Positions 8,250 through 17,518 of a stretch of DNA of 24,000 nt are shown piece after piece; position 1 is the first letter of the stretch, and each line of letters opens with the position of its first letter. The translations under genes and the position numbers were made by a program. Under the pieces are notes generated by a model. It was not told the origin of the DNA and did no database searches. It saw only the letters and a list, made by a program, of their open reading frames with translations. Origin of the DNA: Pseudomonas sp. nanlin1 (GTDB taxonomy: Bacteria > Pseudomonadota > Gammaproteobacteria > Pseudomonadales > Pseudomonadaceae); assembly GCF_045571515.1 (NCBI RefSeq), contig NZ_CP124218.1:5307663-5331662 (forward strand), written 5' to 3'.

Positions 8250-10187
8250 ATGTCTGCGTTTGCCCCTGCCACCGCTCTACACTCGCCCTTGCCCGCCGTA
8301 CTGGTGGGCCCACTGCTACGGCGCCTTGAACCCCAACGGGTGGTGCTCTGGCTGGTGGCATCGAGGCGCTTGAGCCTGCAATTGCAGTTGCATAGCCCCG
8401 GGGCACAGGTGGCGACCTTCGCGCTCAATGAGGAACATTGCCAGGTGGTTGCCATTGGTGTGCACGCGTTCGTGCACCTGGTCGATGTCAAATTGGGCGC
8501 TCCCCTGCCCTTCGACCAGTCCATCGGTTACGACCTGCTAATCGATGAGCCCGGCCCAGGCCAGCAAGGCATCGCCCAGTGGGCCCCTCACTTGCTGTAT
8601 GACGGTGCACAGCGGCCCAACTTCGTGCTGCGCGAGCGCATCGACCAGATCCTCCATGGCTCTTGCCGCAAGCCGCACCACCCGGCAGCCGACGGCCTGC
8701 TCTGCGTCGACCGCCTGCTCGCCGCCTGCGAGCAACCGCAACAGCGCCCGGCCCTGCTAATGATGAGCGGCGACCAAGTGTATGCCGACGATGTGGCCGG
8801 GCCGATGCTACGCGCCATCCACTGCCTGATAGAGCGCCTCGGGCTGTACGACGAGCAGTTGGAAGGTGCCGTGGTGGACGACAGCGCCGCCTTGTATACC
8901 CACGCCGCCAGCTATTACCGGCGCGCTGACTTGCTGCCCGCTTTGAAAAGCAACGATACCCTACGCGAGCGTTTTTTCGGCGGCACGCGTAAACCGATTT
9001 TCACCAGTAGCAGTGCCGACAACCACTTGGTCACCCTGGCCGAGGTGCTGGCCATGTACCTGTTGGTCTGGTCGCCAACCCCCTGGCAACTCATCGCGCC
9101 GCAACCGCCCGCCTTGGCACCCGAGCAGCAAGCTCGCTACGCCGAAGAGAGCGTTTGCATCGACGGCTTCCGCGACGGCCTGGGCGCCGTGGCCCGCGCC
9201 CTTGCGCACTTGCCGTGCCTGATGATTTTCGACGACCACGACATCACCGATGACTGGAACCTGTCGGCGCAATGGGAAGAAACCGCCTACGGCCACCCCT
9301 TCTCCAAGCGCATCATCGGCAACGCCTTGATCGCCTACCTGTTGTGCCAGGGCTGGGGCAATAACCCCGACGCATTCGGTGCCCCCTTGGCCAAGCTTCA
9401 GGCGCTCAGCGCCAGCGGCCGTGATACCTGGTTCGACAAACCCGTGCAGGACGACCTGATCACTGACCTGCTGCAGTTCCACCAATGGGAGTACGTGCTG
9501 CCGACCAGCCCCTCCCTGGTGGTACTCGACACCCGCACCCGGCGCTGGCGCAGCGAACTGAACCTCAAACGCCCCTCGGGCCTGCTCGATTGGGAAGCCC
9601 TGAGCGAACTGCAGCAGAAATTGCTCGACCACCCTTCCGCCATCGTGGTGTCTGCGGCGCCGATCTTCGGGGTAAAACTGATCGAAACCGTACAAAAGGT
9701 ATTCAGTTGGTTCGGCCAGCCGTTGATGGTCGACGCCGAAAACTGGATGGCCCACCGAGGCGCCGCCCAAGTGATCCTGAACATATTCCGACACTCCCGT
9801 ACGCCAAGGGACTACGTGATCCTGTCCGGAGACGTACACTATTCATTCGTCTATGAAGTAAAGATCCGCTACCGCGAACGCGGCCCCACCATCTGGCAGA
9901 TCACCAGCAGCGGCGTCAAAAACGAATTCCCTCGTGGCCTGCTGGAGACCTTCGACCGCCTCAACCGCTGGCTCTACGCCCCTTGGTCGCCGCTCAACTG
10001 GCTCACCAAACGCCGACGCATGGAAGTCGTACCACGCGTACCGCAACCCCGTGAGGCGGGCGAACGCCTGTGGAACGGCTCGGGGGTCGGGCAGGTGTTT
10101 TTTAACGAAAAGGGGCAGCCGAGTCGGATTTTTCAGTTGAATGCGAATGGGCATGAGGCGACGGAGTTTTTGCCGTTAGAGCGGTAA
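8250..10187 (+). CDS. PhoD-like / calcineurin-like metallophosphatase family protein
   Basis: 645 aa. Metallophosphoesterase-type motifs are SGDQVYADD, FDDHDITDDWN and LSGDVHYSF. GC content and codon usage look like the core genome. The substrate is unknown. Confidence 0.65.
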   Translation: MSAFAPATALHSPLPAVLVGPLLRRLEPQRVVLWLVASRRLSLQLQLHSPGAQVATFALNEEHCQVVAIGVHAFVHLVDVKLGAPLPFDQSIGYDLLIDEPGPGQQGIAQWAPHLLYDGAQRPNFVLRERIDQILHGSCRKPHHPAADGLLCVDRLLAACEQPQQRPALLMMSGDQVYADDVAGPMLRAIHCLIERLGLYDEQLEGAVVDDSAALYTHAASYYRRADLLPALKSNDTLRERFFGGTRKPIFTSSSADNHLVTLAEVLAMYLLVWSPTPWQLIAPQPPALAPEQQARYAEESVCIDGFRDGLGAVARALAHLPCLMIFDDHDITDDWNLSAQWEETAYGHPFSKRIIGNALIAYLLCQGWGNNPDAFGAPLAKLQALSASGRDTWFDKPVQDDLITDLLQFHQWEYVLPTSPSLVVLDTRTRRWRSELNLKRPSGLLDWEALSELQQKLLDHPSAIVVSAAPIFGVKLIETVQKVFSWFGQPLMVDAENWMAHRGAAQVILNIFRHSRTPRDYVILSGDVHYSFVYEVKIRYRERGPTIWQITSSGVKNEFPRGLLETFDRLNRWLYAPWSPLNWLTKRRRMEVVPRVPQPREAGERLWNGSGVGQVFFNEKGQPSRIFQLNANGHEATEFLPLER

Positions 10188-10307
10188 AGGATTGCTGTAT
10201 GGACAAAGCGGGATGAATTATCAAATCTGGTAAAACAGACAGGACTGCAGGTTGGCGAGCGATAACTCCCAATATGAACAGAAAATATAACTGCAACCAA
10301 TTAGATA

Positions 10308-11480
10308 TCATAAAATATCGACCTTTACGCGTTCAGATTTCAGTTGCTCGCTTAAAGTCCGCATTGATTTCACCCAGAAGTTGATTGATAAAGATGAGGT
10401 TAGAGATTTGATCTCATGAAACCAACCTTCAGGCAAAAAAAGGATATCTCCTGGTTTCAAATTAACCTCAATAAAAAGGACCTGTTCCGCCTTAGGGAAT
10501 GCGGTATAGTCGGGCGCTGTGGGCTTGAAATCACAGCCTTCCAAACCGCCGTTCAGTGACGTTGACCAACAGCCCAGAGCCTCGCGATTGTGAGGCGCTG
10601 CTAGGAGAACCGATTTTTCTCCCCACACTTGGGCAAAAATGTTGTCGACATCATCTCTGTGTAATGGAGTAAGGGTGCCTTCAGGGCCTAGCCAAAAGCG
10701 CGGCGTGTGATATAGAGAACGATCAAAAAAATTAGGAAATTTGATGAATTCAATCAGCCTCTCAGGCAGAATATTATTACCCATATACGCTGGCAGCTCA
10801 TCAGAACTCTTACGGGGCATGTCATCAATATTTGCAATAAATTCTGAAATAGAAGAAACCCTAAACTCCCGCTCAGTTGAGAAAGCCTTATCGACATATG
10901 CACCATGACGAGTAATACCCTGTAAATTCGAAAATATTTCTTGAACAGAATCCCTCGACATACTGAATAACGGCCAATCTCTCAGCCCTTGAGAAATTAC
11001 AACTGGAATTCCTTTCAAACGATGGTTAACAGTAAATTCTTTACGAGACAAATCATCTGCTGGAATTCGCATGACTCCATTGTCAAAACTTAAACGTTCT
11101 GATACATCTTCACTAAAACGAGGCAATGCGGGATATCGCTTATTCATCACGACCTCAATCGCACCAGAGTTTTTTCTGTCGATCGCCCGTATCAGATCGG
11201 GAATTAAAGTTGCCCGACCAAGGTCACCAACTATTTTCAACCTACCTTCAGAAAATAATTGCTCAATGTCAGCTTCGCCTTGCACCACCTTGTAAAAAAA
11301 ATATTCCAGTATGTGGATAGTAACGTCAGGGAAAGCATGCATACCACACTGAGCAGTCTTTGATTTGGGAGCATTTATCCAGTAGCGATCAGAGTCTGAA
11401 AAAACAAACTGAAAAACTCCTGAAACACCTACCAAATCAGCATTGTAAAACAATTCAGAAACCTTGTTTATTAAGCACAT
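10308..11480 (-). CDS. SCP2-domain / JmjC (cupin, FIH-like) 2-oxoglutarate-Fe(II) oxygenase fusion protein
   Basis: The C-terminal half has TPLHRDDVDNIFAQVWGEKSVLL (HxD plus a 2OG-binding Lys context) and GDILFLPEGWFHEIKSL (distal His). It closely parallels the FIH motifs NFFAQIKGYKRCILF and GDVLYIPMYWWHHIESL as I recall them. The N-terminal approx. 110 aa has an SCP2-like signature (...VTIHILEYFFYKVVQGEADIEQLFSEGRLKIVGDLGRATLIPDL). I prefer the ATG at 11480, preceded by GGAG; the track start at 11570 would overlap the upstream gene by 37 nt. Confidence 0.8.
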   Translation of the reverse strand: MCLINKVSELFYNADLVGVSGVFQFVFSDSDRYWINAPKSKTAQCGMHAFPDVTIHILEYFFYKVVQGEADIEQLFSEGRLKIVGDLGRATLIPDLIRAIDRKNSGAIEVVMNKRYPALPRFSEDVSERLSFDNGVMRIPADDLSRKEFTVNHRLKGIPVVISQGLRDWPLFSMSRDSVQEIFSNLQGITRHGAYVDKAFSTEREFRVSSISEFIANIDDMPRKSSDELPAYMGNNILPERLIEFIKFPNFFDRSLYHTPRFWLGPEGTLTPLHRDDVDNIFAQVWGEKSVLLAAPHNREALGCWSTSLNGGLEGCDFKPTAPDYTAFPKAEQVLFIEVNLKPGDILFLPEGWFHEIKSLTSSLSINFWVKSMRTLSEQLKSERVKVDIL

Positions 11481-11533
11481 ATCTAACTCCGAGCCACCCT
11501 TAATATATACAAATCCGGCGCACAATATAATTT

Positions 11534-12646
11534 CTAATGATCGTTCAAGGCAGCCGCCCCCCCTGAACATTCAATCAAAACTTTATCAATATCTAACAAA
11601 CGCTGAGTAGTTGCTTTCCACGCTGCTAATCGCTCGTATGCACTTATGAACCAACACAGGTTTTCGCACAAATTGCCGAAAGCCGAATTTATCTGCATAA
11701 TATCGCCAAAACTTAGGCTGCCCGCAAAAAACCGAGGTACTGCCAGCATGCTGCTGAAAATTAGGCAAAACTTGTTATAGCTTATGCTAAATAGGGTCAA
11801 GCGACTTTTAACCATAATTACCTGGCGCATGTTCGTGAGACTCACTTCTAATTTTTTCATAACAGATGCCTTTCTAGAACAGTTTATTTTCTCTATACGC
11901 TGCATTAGAGAATTACTTCGAAAGGAGACAAGTTCAAATCGGAGATCAGCCTCAGATCGTTGTTGATCATTACTTAACAGAACCAAACTAGAGCCTATCC
12001 TTTGGCAAATATATGTACCGAAAAAAGCGTATAGAATGGCAGCCCAAAACATATGAGCCGGCACCGTAACGCCCCATACAGAAGCCTCGCCGGAAATTTC
12101 GACTAATACGAAGCTAAATGAGATGATGCTTACAGCCGTATAAATCAGCCCGCACAAAAGATCTAACGATTCAAAGGTGAATTTCTTGATATCCTCTGCG
12201 ATTCTCTGATCAGGGTTGTCAATAATCCATTCAATCTCATGTGCCCGAGCGGAAGCAGAGCCCCATTTAGAAATATAATAGCGAGTTAACCAGCGCCTCC
12301 ATTTGAGCGCAAGCAAATCGACAAGGTAAGTAACGGCAACGAGCCTAGCGACGCAAAAGATGGAAATCCCGACAAAAAACCCAATTAAACTATAAAAGCC
12401 CCGCACGTCGCGATCTTGGATGGCATTGTAAAAATTTTTATACCATTCATTGATAGCCAGAGCTGATACCACCCCCAAGATCGAAAGAGCGAGCAACGTA
12501 AGAATTGCAAACCAAGCAAAAGCACGCTCTTGGCTGCCCCAATAGAGCGAGATGATAGGAATCAAAGACTTAAAAAAACAATTACTTTCAACTTTTGATA
12601 CTTTATTGCGATACGCCATGTATCCTTCACCCGCAGTATGCATCAT
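11534..12646 (-). CDS. SbmA/BacA-like peptide transporter (transmembrane domain only, no ATPase domain)
   Basis: 370 aa and polytopic. Motifs NEWYKNFYNAIQ, KWRRWLTRYYISKW, NPDQRIAEDIKKF and a C-terminal INSAFGNL...ERLAAWKATTQRL line up with E. coli SbmA (NAWYAPFYDLIQ, RWRTAMNEYYMANW, AAQRVQEDTMRF, ITNVFGQV...MSIYKRLRSFE) as recalled from memory. No Walker motifs are present. An alternative start is the ATG at 12619, preceded by GAAGGA. Confidence 0.72.
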   Translation of the reverse strand: MMHTAGEGYMAYRNKVSKVESNCFFKSLIPIISLYWGSQERAFAWFAILTLLALSILGVVSALAINEWYKNFYNAIQDRDVRGFYSLIGFFVGISIFCVARLVAVTYLVDLLALKWRRWLTRYYISKWGSASARAHEIEWIIDNPDQRIAEDIKKFTFESLDLLCGLIYTAVSIISFSFVLVEISGEASVWGVTVPAHMFWAAILYAFFGTYICQRIGSSLVLLSNDQQRSEADLRFELVSFRSNSLMQRIEKINCSRKASVMKKLEVSLTNMRQVIMVKSRLTLFSISYNKFCLIFSSMLAVPRFFAGSLSFGDIMQINSAFGNLCENLCWFISAYERLAAWKATTQRLLDIDKVLIECSGGAAALNDH

Positions 12647-12684
12647 AGCATTTGTAAGATTATCTCGGTTAACTGGTGGTATCG

Positions 12685-14106
12685 CTAAATCGACCAGAAG
12701 CCTAACTTTCCCAAACTAGAGCCAAGTCGGAGACGCGCGATTTGCCAGTTTTTCATCGTGTCAATGTGTTCCTGATTGGCAGCAGAGGAGGCAGACAAGG
12801 CATTTAACAACTCAATCATGCTGCCGACTCCGGACTGATAGCGTCCCCGTTCAATATTTAATGATTGACTTGAAAACTCTACCCATTTATCTGTGGCGTC
12901 TAACGAGTCCGTTGCAGATTTAAGATCTTGGACATTTGACCAGACATCTAATGCAACTTGTAGTTCTTGACCTAAAATTTCGGCTTCGCGCTGTTCCAGC
13001 CGTGCTTGGGCAGCGCGTGCGTTAGACCGCCCTTCGAAACCATCAAACAAAGGAATAATTAATTGAATGCTAATGCTATTATCTTGGATATAGCTCCTCC
13101 CACTCGGTTGTACAGATTGATCAGTTCTGACGTTGCTATGACTAACTTTCAGATTAATTCTCGGCATTGTCTCCGCACGCTGCACCTCAATGGCCGCTTT
13201 TTGGGCGTCTCTTACAGAATTTGCAAAAATCATGGAAGGATGATCTCGCTTGGCTTGTTCGATGAGCTCATTGACGCTTTCAGAAAATTTGATACCTGGA
13301 TTTCGGCGTAAATTCACCGCTAGTTCTAAAGGAGTTTCAGGTGGGAGCCCCATGCGCAACGCGATTAGTCCCTTAGCTTTAAGGAGTGTTCTTTGGTGAT
13401 GGCCCCTGTTAATTTGAGCCTGGGAATAAGCGGTCTGGGCCTGGAGACGATCTGAAAGCGCGGCCGCACCTGATTCATACTTAGCGGTCGCCACTTGAAG
13501 ATATTCAGATGCGTAGGCAGAAACTTGGCTTGCCGCGACAAATCTATGATGTGCCGCAACTGTATCGTAGAATAGTTGTGAAGCATGTAAAAACACATCC
13601 TGCAGATGATTGTCTTGGCCAGCGTTTGCTGCAATGAGTAAATGTTTTGCATTTCTAAGATTCGCATCCCTGTGACCGAAGTCAAATAGCACCCAACTCA
13701 AACTCAGTCGGTTGTGAATTTGCCGCAGATACCCATGTGTAGAAAGGTTATACCGCTGATCGTATGCGATGTCCTTGTCACTACCGGTAACAGCAACGAT
13801 GCCATCGAGGCGTGGCAGATAAGCTGACTTTCTGACCTCAACAGCTTCGGCTTGAGCTTTGGAAATAGCCAATCCCCGCCGAACCTGAGGATCATTACAA
13901 AAAACTCGTTCGACCACGTCTTCCAAAGTCAAGACCTTCGGCAATACATTGCTATGACAAGCGATGGGTAGACTACCAAAGCGATGTATATCACTACTGT
14001 ACATACTAATCGGAGTTAGTGAGCCCGCAGCATCCGATGCTCCGACAGAGTTTGAATAGACCAAGTATAGAAAGCATGTGATGTGAGTTATAAATTTCTT
14101 TAGCAT
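12685..14106 (-). CDS. TolC-family outer membrane channel (type I secretion OMP)
   Basis: 473 aa. Signal peptide is MLKKFITHITCFLYLVYSNSVGA. The N-terminal region LTLEDVVERVFCNDPQVRRGLAISKAQAEAVEVRKSAYLPRLDG is typical of TolC/OEP repeats, and the architecture shows two OEP repeats. The gene starts 3 nt after the ABC gene stop. Confidence 0.88.
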   Translation of the reverse strand: MLKKFITHITCFLYLVYSNSVGASDAAGSLTPISMYSSDIHRFGSLPIACHSNVLPKVLTLEDVVERVFCNDPQVRRGLAISKAQAEAVEVRKSAYLPRLDGIVAVTGSDKDIAYDQRYNLSTHGYLRQIHNRLSLSWVLFDFGHRDANLRNAKHLLIAANAGQDNHLQDVFLHASQLFYDTVAAHHRFVAASQVSAYASEYLQVATAKYESGAAALSDRLQAQTAYSQAQINRGHHQRTLLKAKGLIALRMGLPPETPLELAVNLRRNPGIKFSESVNELIEQAKRDHPSMIFANSVRDAQKAAIEVQRAETMPRINLKVSHSNVRTDQSVQPSGRSYIQDNSISIQLIIPLFDGFEGRSNARAAQARLEQREAEILGQELQVALDVWSNVQDLKSATDSLDATDKWVEFSSQSLNIERGRYQSGVGSMIELLNALSASSAANQEHIDTMKNWQIARLRLGSSLGKLGFWSI

Positions 14107-14109
14107 TTT

Positions 14110-16236
14110 TTAACGTCCGCAGCCGGACATATTGACGCGATCATCCACAACTCGACCAGCATGCAACGAAACCACTCGATTTGCAGTAGCTATAGTCTCG
14201 GGGCGGTGCGCAACAAGAATCCTAGTTATTTGAAGAGATTGCAGAGCAAGATTTACTTGGCGCTCACATGCTAGGTCAAGATGACTTGTTGCCTCATCAA
14301 GTATAAGAATGTCCGGTTTTTTATAGAGCGCCCTTGCCAGAAGCACGCGCTGCTTCTGCCCCCCAGATAAAACAGTGCCCATATCCCCAACGAGTGTATT
14401 GTAACCCATCGGCAGTGCCTGAATTTCATCGTGAATTGAGGCCTTCCGGGAACACTCTATGATCCAGTCCAAGTCAGGACTAGTATCAAAAAAAGCGATA
14501 TTATCTGCAAGTGAACCAGCAAAAAGACAATCATCTTGCATAACGGTGCCGATTTGGCTGCGAAATTTATTCACATTTAAATGGCGGAGATCTTCACCGG
14601 CTATTTTTATCTTTCCTTCCGTAGGGGTTAAGATCCCCAATAACAGCCCAATGAGAGTACTTTTACCACTACCAGAAGCGCCGGCGATCGCAACTAACTC
14701 CCCATAAGCAATATGCAGGTCTATACCCTTTAATACATAATCTTCATGCGCCGAATAACGATACTTTAAACCCTTTATATCAATATCGCCAAAGAGAGCA
14801 GGATCTCTATCTTCAAACTCCTTGATATCTTCAGGGGGAGAGGTAACAATATCTGCCAAACGCTCAGCCTGTAATCTAAGCATATTAAGTGCAAAAATGC
14901 TGTCTATTAAACTGGATACACGACTCATAAACTGAGTTTTATACGCTATAAATGCCATCAGCACACCGACAGTGAATTCACTATTCATAACCATTGAAGC
15001 ACCAAACCCGACTGCAATAATACTTTCAGCGCCAAAAATCAAGCTATTCAATTGCGTATATGTCAGCTGTAGTTTGTGGGTTCTTAAACCGGCGTTGATC
15101 TGCTGGACCAGTAACGCGAGCCAAACTGACCGCCTCTCAGCGTCACGTTGAAAAAGCTTAATTGTACGTATGCCTCGTACAGTTTCGAAAAAATGACTTT
15201 CTTGTCGAGCAGTATGAGTGATTTGCTCCTCACTTGCCCGGCGTAATGGAAGGTACCATGCCCATCTAAAAGCTGCGTAGGCAACAATGGCGGCCACACT
15301 TACCAGTGAAAGTGGTGGACTATAAGCAAACATTAGAATGAGCGTTGCTATGGTCATTAATCCATCAAGCAGAGTGGAAAAAAAAGCAGCCGTCAGTGTT
15401 TTCTGTATTTCGCCAATAGCGCCGAATCTTGAAACGATGTCACCTAAATGGCGCTTTTCGAAATACTGAACGGGTAAGCGGAGAAGATGAGTAAATACGT
15501 TGGCACGCCACTGAACACTTAATAAGGTAGTCATGTGAATCATGACCAAAGCAAGTGTAAAACTAACCGCTTGCTGCATCACTAATAATATAGAAAATCC
15601 TATTATTAACATATGCAGCAGATCGCGATCCTGGGTAATCAATACATTGTCGAAGATCCATTGTAAAAAAAATGGACCTATCAGTGACATGGTCTCCAGC
15701 ACAAGCGCCAATATTAGCACTTGCGTTAAACTCCGATATAGTCCGTGGACTCTGCCTACGATATCTGCAATTTTTATCTCCGACTTGGCCTTCTTTTTTT
15801 CAAAACCGTTGTCCGTCCATAATTCAACAGCTATACCAGTGAAAGATAGGCTGACTTCAGATAGACTTAACTTACAGTTGCCTTTTGCGGGGTCATGCAA
15901 GACTACATACTCTCCCTGTATGGCTTTTAGAACAACAAAGTGGTTGAAGTTCCAGTGCAAAATGCACGGCAAGCTGAGCTTCCCTATATCTTCAAGCTCA
16001 AGCCTGACAGATCTTGTACCCAGCTTGAGAATTTTAGCTGTTGTAATCAGCTGCTTCAGATTCATTCCTTTGAGGGACACACTAAATTGACGGCGTAAAT
16101 CCATAAGTGATACGTGGTATCCGTGATAACATGAGATCATTGCTAAGCACGCCAAACCACATTCGGTAGCTTCCGTTTGGAGAATCAATGGTAGCCGTCG
16201 GCCAATCCGAAACGCTAACGAATCTAAGTAACTCAT
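14110..16236 (-). CDS. Peptidase-C39 domain ABC transporter (bacteriocin/microcin processing exporter, CvaB/MchF-like)
   Basis: 708 aa. The N-terminal C39 domain has a catalytic Cys context (QTEATECGLACLAMISCYHGY) and a His/Asp context (ILHWNFNHFVVL...VLHDPAKG). Six TM helices follow. The NBD has Walker A GASGSGKST, signature LSGGQKQR and Walker B ILILDEATS. Confidence 0.95.
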   Translation of the reverse strand: MSYLDSLAFRIGRRLPLILQTEATECGLACLAMISCYHGYHVSLMDLRRQFSVSLKGMNLKQLITTAKILKLGTRSVRLELEDIGKLSLPCILHWNFNHFVVLKAIQGEYVVLHDPAKGNCKLSLSEVSLSFTGIAVELWTDNGFEKKKAKSEIKIADIVGRVHGLYRSLTQVLILALVLETMSLIGPFFLQWIFDNVLITQDRDLLHMLIIGFSILLVMQQAVSFTLALVMIHMTTLLSVQWRANVFTHLLRLPVQYFEKRHLGDIVSRFGAIGEIQKTLTAAFFSTLLDGLMTIATLILMFAYSPPLSLVSVAAIVAYAAFRWAWYLPLRRASEEQITHTARQESHFFETVRGIRTIKLFQRDAERRSVWLALLVQQINAGLRTHKLQLTYTQLNSLIFGAESIIAVGFGASMVMNSEFTVGVLMAFIAYKTQFMSRVSSLIDSIFALNMLRLQAERLADIVTSPPEDIKEFEDRDPALFGDIDIKGLKYRYSAHEDYVLKGIDLHIAYGELVAIAGASGSGKSTLIGLLLGILTPTEGKIKIAGEDLRHLNVNKFRSQIGTVMQDDCLFAGSLADNIAFFDTSPDLDWIIECSRKASIHDEIQALPMGYNTLVGDMGTVLSGGQKQRVLLARALYKKPDILILDEATSHLDLACERQVNLALQSLQITRILVAHRPETIATANRVVSLHAGRVVDDRVNMSGCGR

Positions 16237-16246
16237 TTAATTTCCT

Positions 16247-17518
16247 TCAGAATTTTTCTGTCAGACTATAGATAGGATTGATCACCCATTCATATAGATG
16301 GCGACTTTCCTGCAAGATGTCTGCTTCAACCAACATGCCAGCACGAAGCGGACGAGATTCTCCATTAGCCATCACGAATTGGTCCTCGATTTCAACGCGA
16401 ACTTGATATACTTGCTCCCCACCAACTTCGAGCCCGGGCACGGTTCCAGACACAGAAGCTAATTCATGTGCAGACAAAGCAATTTTTGTAATGCTTTTGA
16501 TCTTTCCGGCGTGCTGACCAAATTTTTGATAGGGGAAGGAGTGATATCGCATCATCACAACATCCCCGACGTCAATAAATCCGACAGCTCTACCTGGAGC
16601 ATATAGCTCAACTAGGAGAGAAGACCCTTCCGGTAAAACAGTCATCAACGGCCGATTATAGTGTATGGTTTGACCTGGCTCGGCTAAGATAGCCGTTACC
16701 AAACCCGCCTGCGGAGCAATCACTATTTCTGTACGCTGGGCCTCGCTTTCAATAAACTCCTGCTCTACATTGAGCAGCGCACGTTGAATAGCGGCTTCTT
16801 GATTTTGATGTATAGCCGAAAGCTGCGAGCAATAACGTGTCCGCTCTGTAAACTCGTAATCTAGGACCTGGGCCTCTCTAGCTAGCATCTGGAGCTTTTG
16901 CCGCTGACCCAATAGTTCCGCTTGGCGTTGCTGTAATTGGTCGATCGATATGTAACCTTTTTCCCTGAGACCTTGATAACGATTGCTTGCGTCCGCGGCC
17001 AGTTGGACCAGCCTTCTTTGGTCCGCTATCTGCTCGCTTAATGCCTCTAACTGATGCTTGAGACTTTTTAGCTTGCTTTGAATACCAGACGTCTCCTCAG
17101 CCTGAATCTGCTTGAGTGTTAACAATTCCTTCCGAAGAGATAGTCTTCGCTGTCCTATGCGATCACTAACACCTGCATGCACGTGGCTTAAATCCCCTGA
17201 ACGACGCTCGCCGGATAACCGAACCAGCCGCTCTCCCTGCTTGACCACTTGGCCCTCTTCAACAAACCGCTCGAGTATTGAGCCATTCCCCCTGGCATAT
17301 ATTTTTACCAGGCCTTGGGACGGTACCAACTGCCCGGAAAGCGTAACGCGCTTTGTATAACTGCCAAGAAATAGCATCATGATTAGCGAAACTAACGCGC
17401 CCCCCGCAAGCATCGTGTATAGACGAAATGATATTGGCCGAACTATTAAAACCTCGCCCAACCATAGAGCGCCTCTAGAACTCAATGCTTCAGAACGAAA
17501 CAACCTTTTTTTTGACAT
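16247..17518 (-). CDS. HlyD-family membrane fusion protein (CvaA/MchE-like)
   Basis: The ATG at 17518 gives MSKKRLFRSEALSSRGALWLGEVLIVRPISF..., which parallels the CvaA N-terminus (FRQDALE...). A single TM helix is followed by a long coiled coil and a C-terminal beta-barrel. The stop lies 10 nt upstream of the ABC start, and an AAGGAA SD lies in the gap. Confidence 0.9.
   Translation of the reverse strand: MSKKRLFRSEALSSRGALWLGEVLIVRPISFRLYTMLAGGALVSLIMMLFLGSYTKRVTLSGQLVPSQGLVKIYARGNGSILERFVEEGQVVKQGERLVRLSGERRSGDLSHVHAGVSDRIGQRRLSLRKELLTLKQIQAEETSGIQSKLKSLKHQLEALSEQIADQRRLVQLAADASNRYQGLREKGYISIDQLQQRQAELLGQRQKLQMLAREAQVLDYEFTERTRYCSQLSAIHQNQEAAIQRALLNVEQEFIESEAQRTEIVIAPQAGLVTAILAEPGQTIHYNRPLMTVLPEGSSLLVELYAPGRAVGFIDVGDVVMMRYHSFPYQKFGQHAGKIKSITKIALSAHELASVSGTVPGLEVGGEQVYQVRVEIEDQFVMANGESRPLRAGMLVEADILQESRHLYEWVINPIYSLTEKF

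Noticed and set aside
8961-9839. 292-aa minus-strand ORF, and other antisense ORFs (8003-8524, 9398-9784, 9843-10154), opposite the PhoD-like gene
   Set aside because: No recognisable domains, and the composition is typical of shadow ORFs in high-GC genes. The plus-strand frame carries the metallophosphatase motifs.
10188-10310. Search for direct repeats or att-like sequences shared between the left (10188-10310) and right (23700-23840) island junctions
   Set aside because: I could find no convincing shared repeat of 8 bp or more by eye. No tRNA/tmRNA gene or integrase is adjacent, so no att sites are claimed.
11481-11570. Longer start (11570) for the SCP2-JmjC gene, overlapping the SbmA-like gene by 37 nt
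   Set aside because: The ATG at 11480 has a GGAG SD at good spacing and avoids the overlap. The extra 30 residues (MFRGGGCLERSLEIILCAGFVYIKGGSELD) have no recognisable function. The longer start is not fully excluded.
15542-16090. 182-aa plus-strand ORF antisense to the C39-ABC transporter, and other small antisense ORFs in the island (11071-11295, 13063-13311, 13365-13685, 17112-17360, 22226-22582)
   Set aside because: They lie entirely inside strongly supported genes on the opposite strand or in another frame, and they have no motifs or SD sequences.
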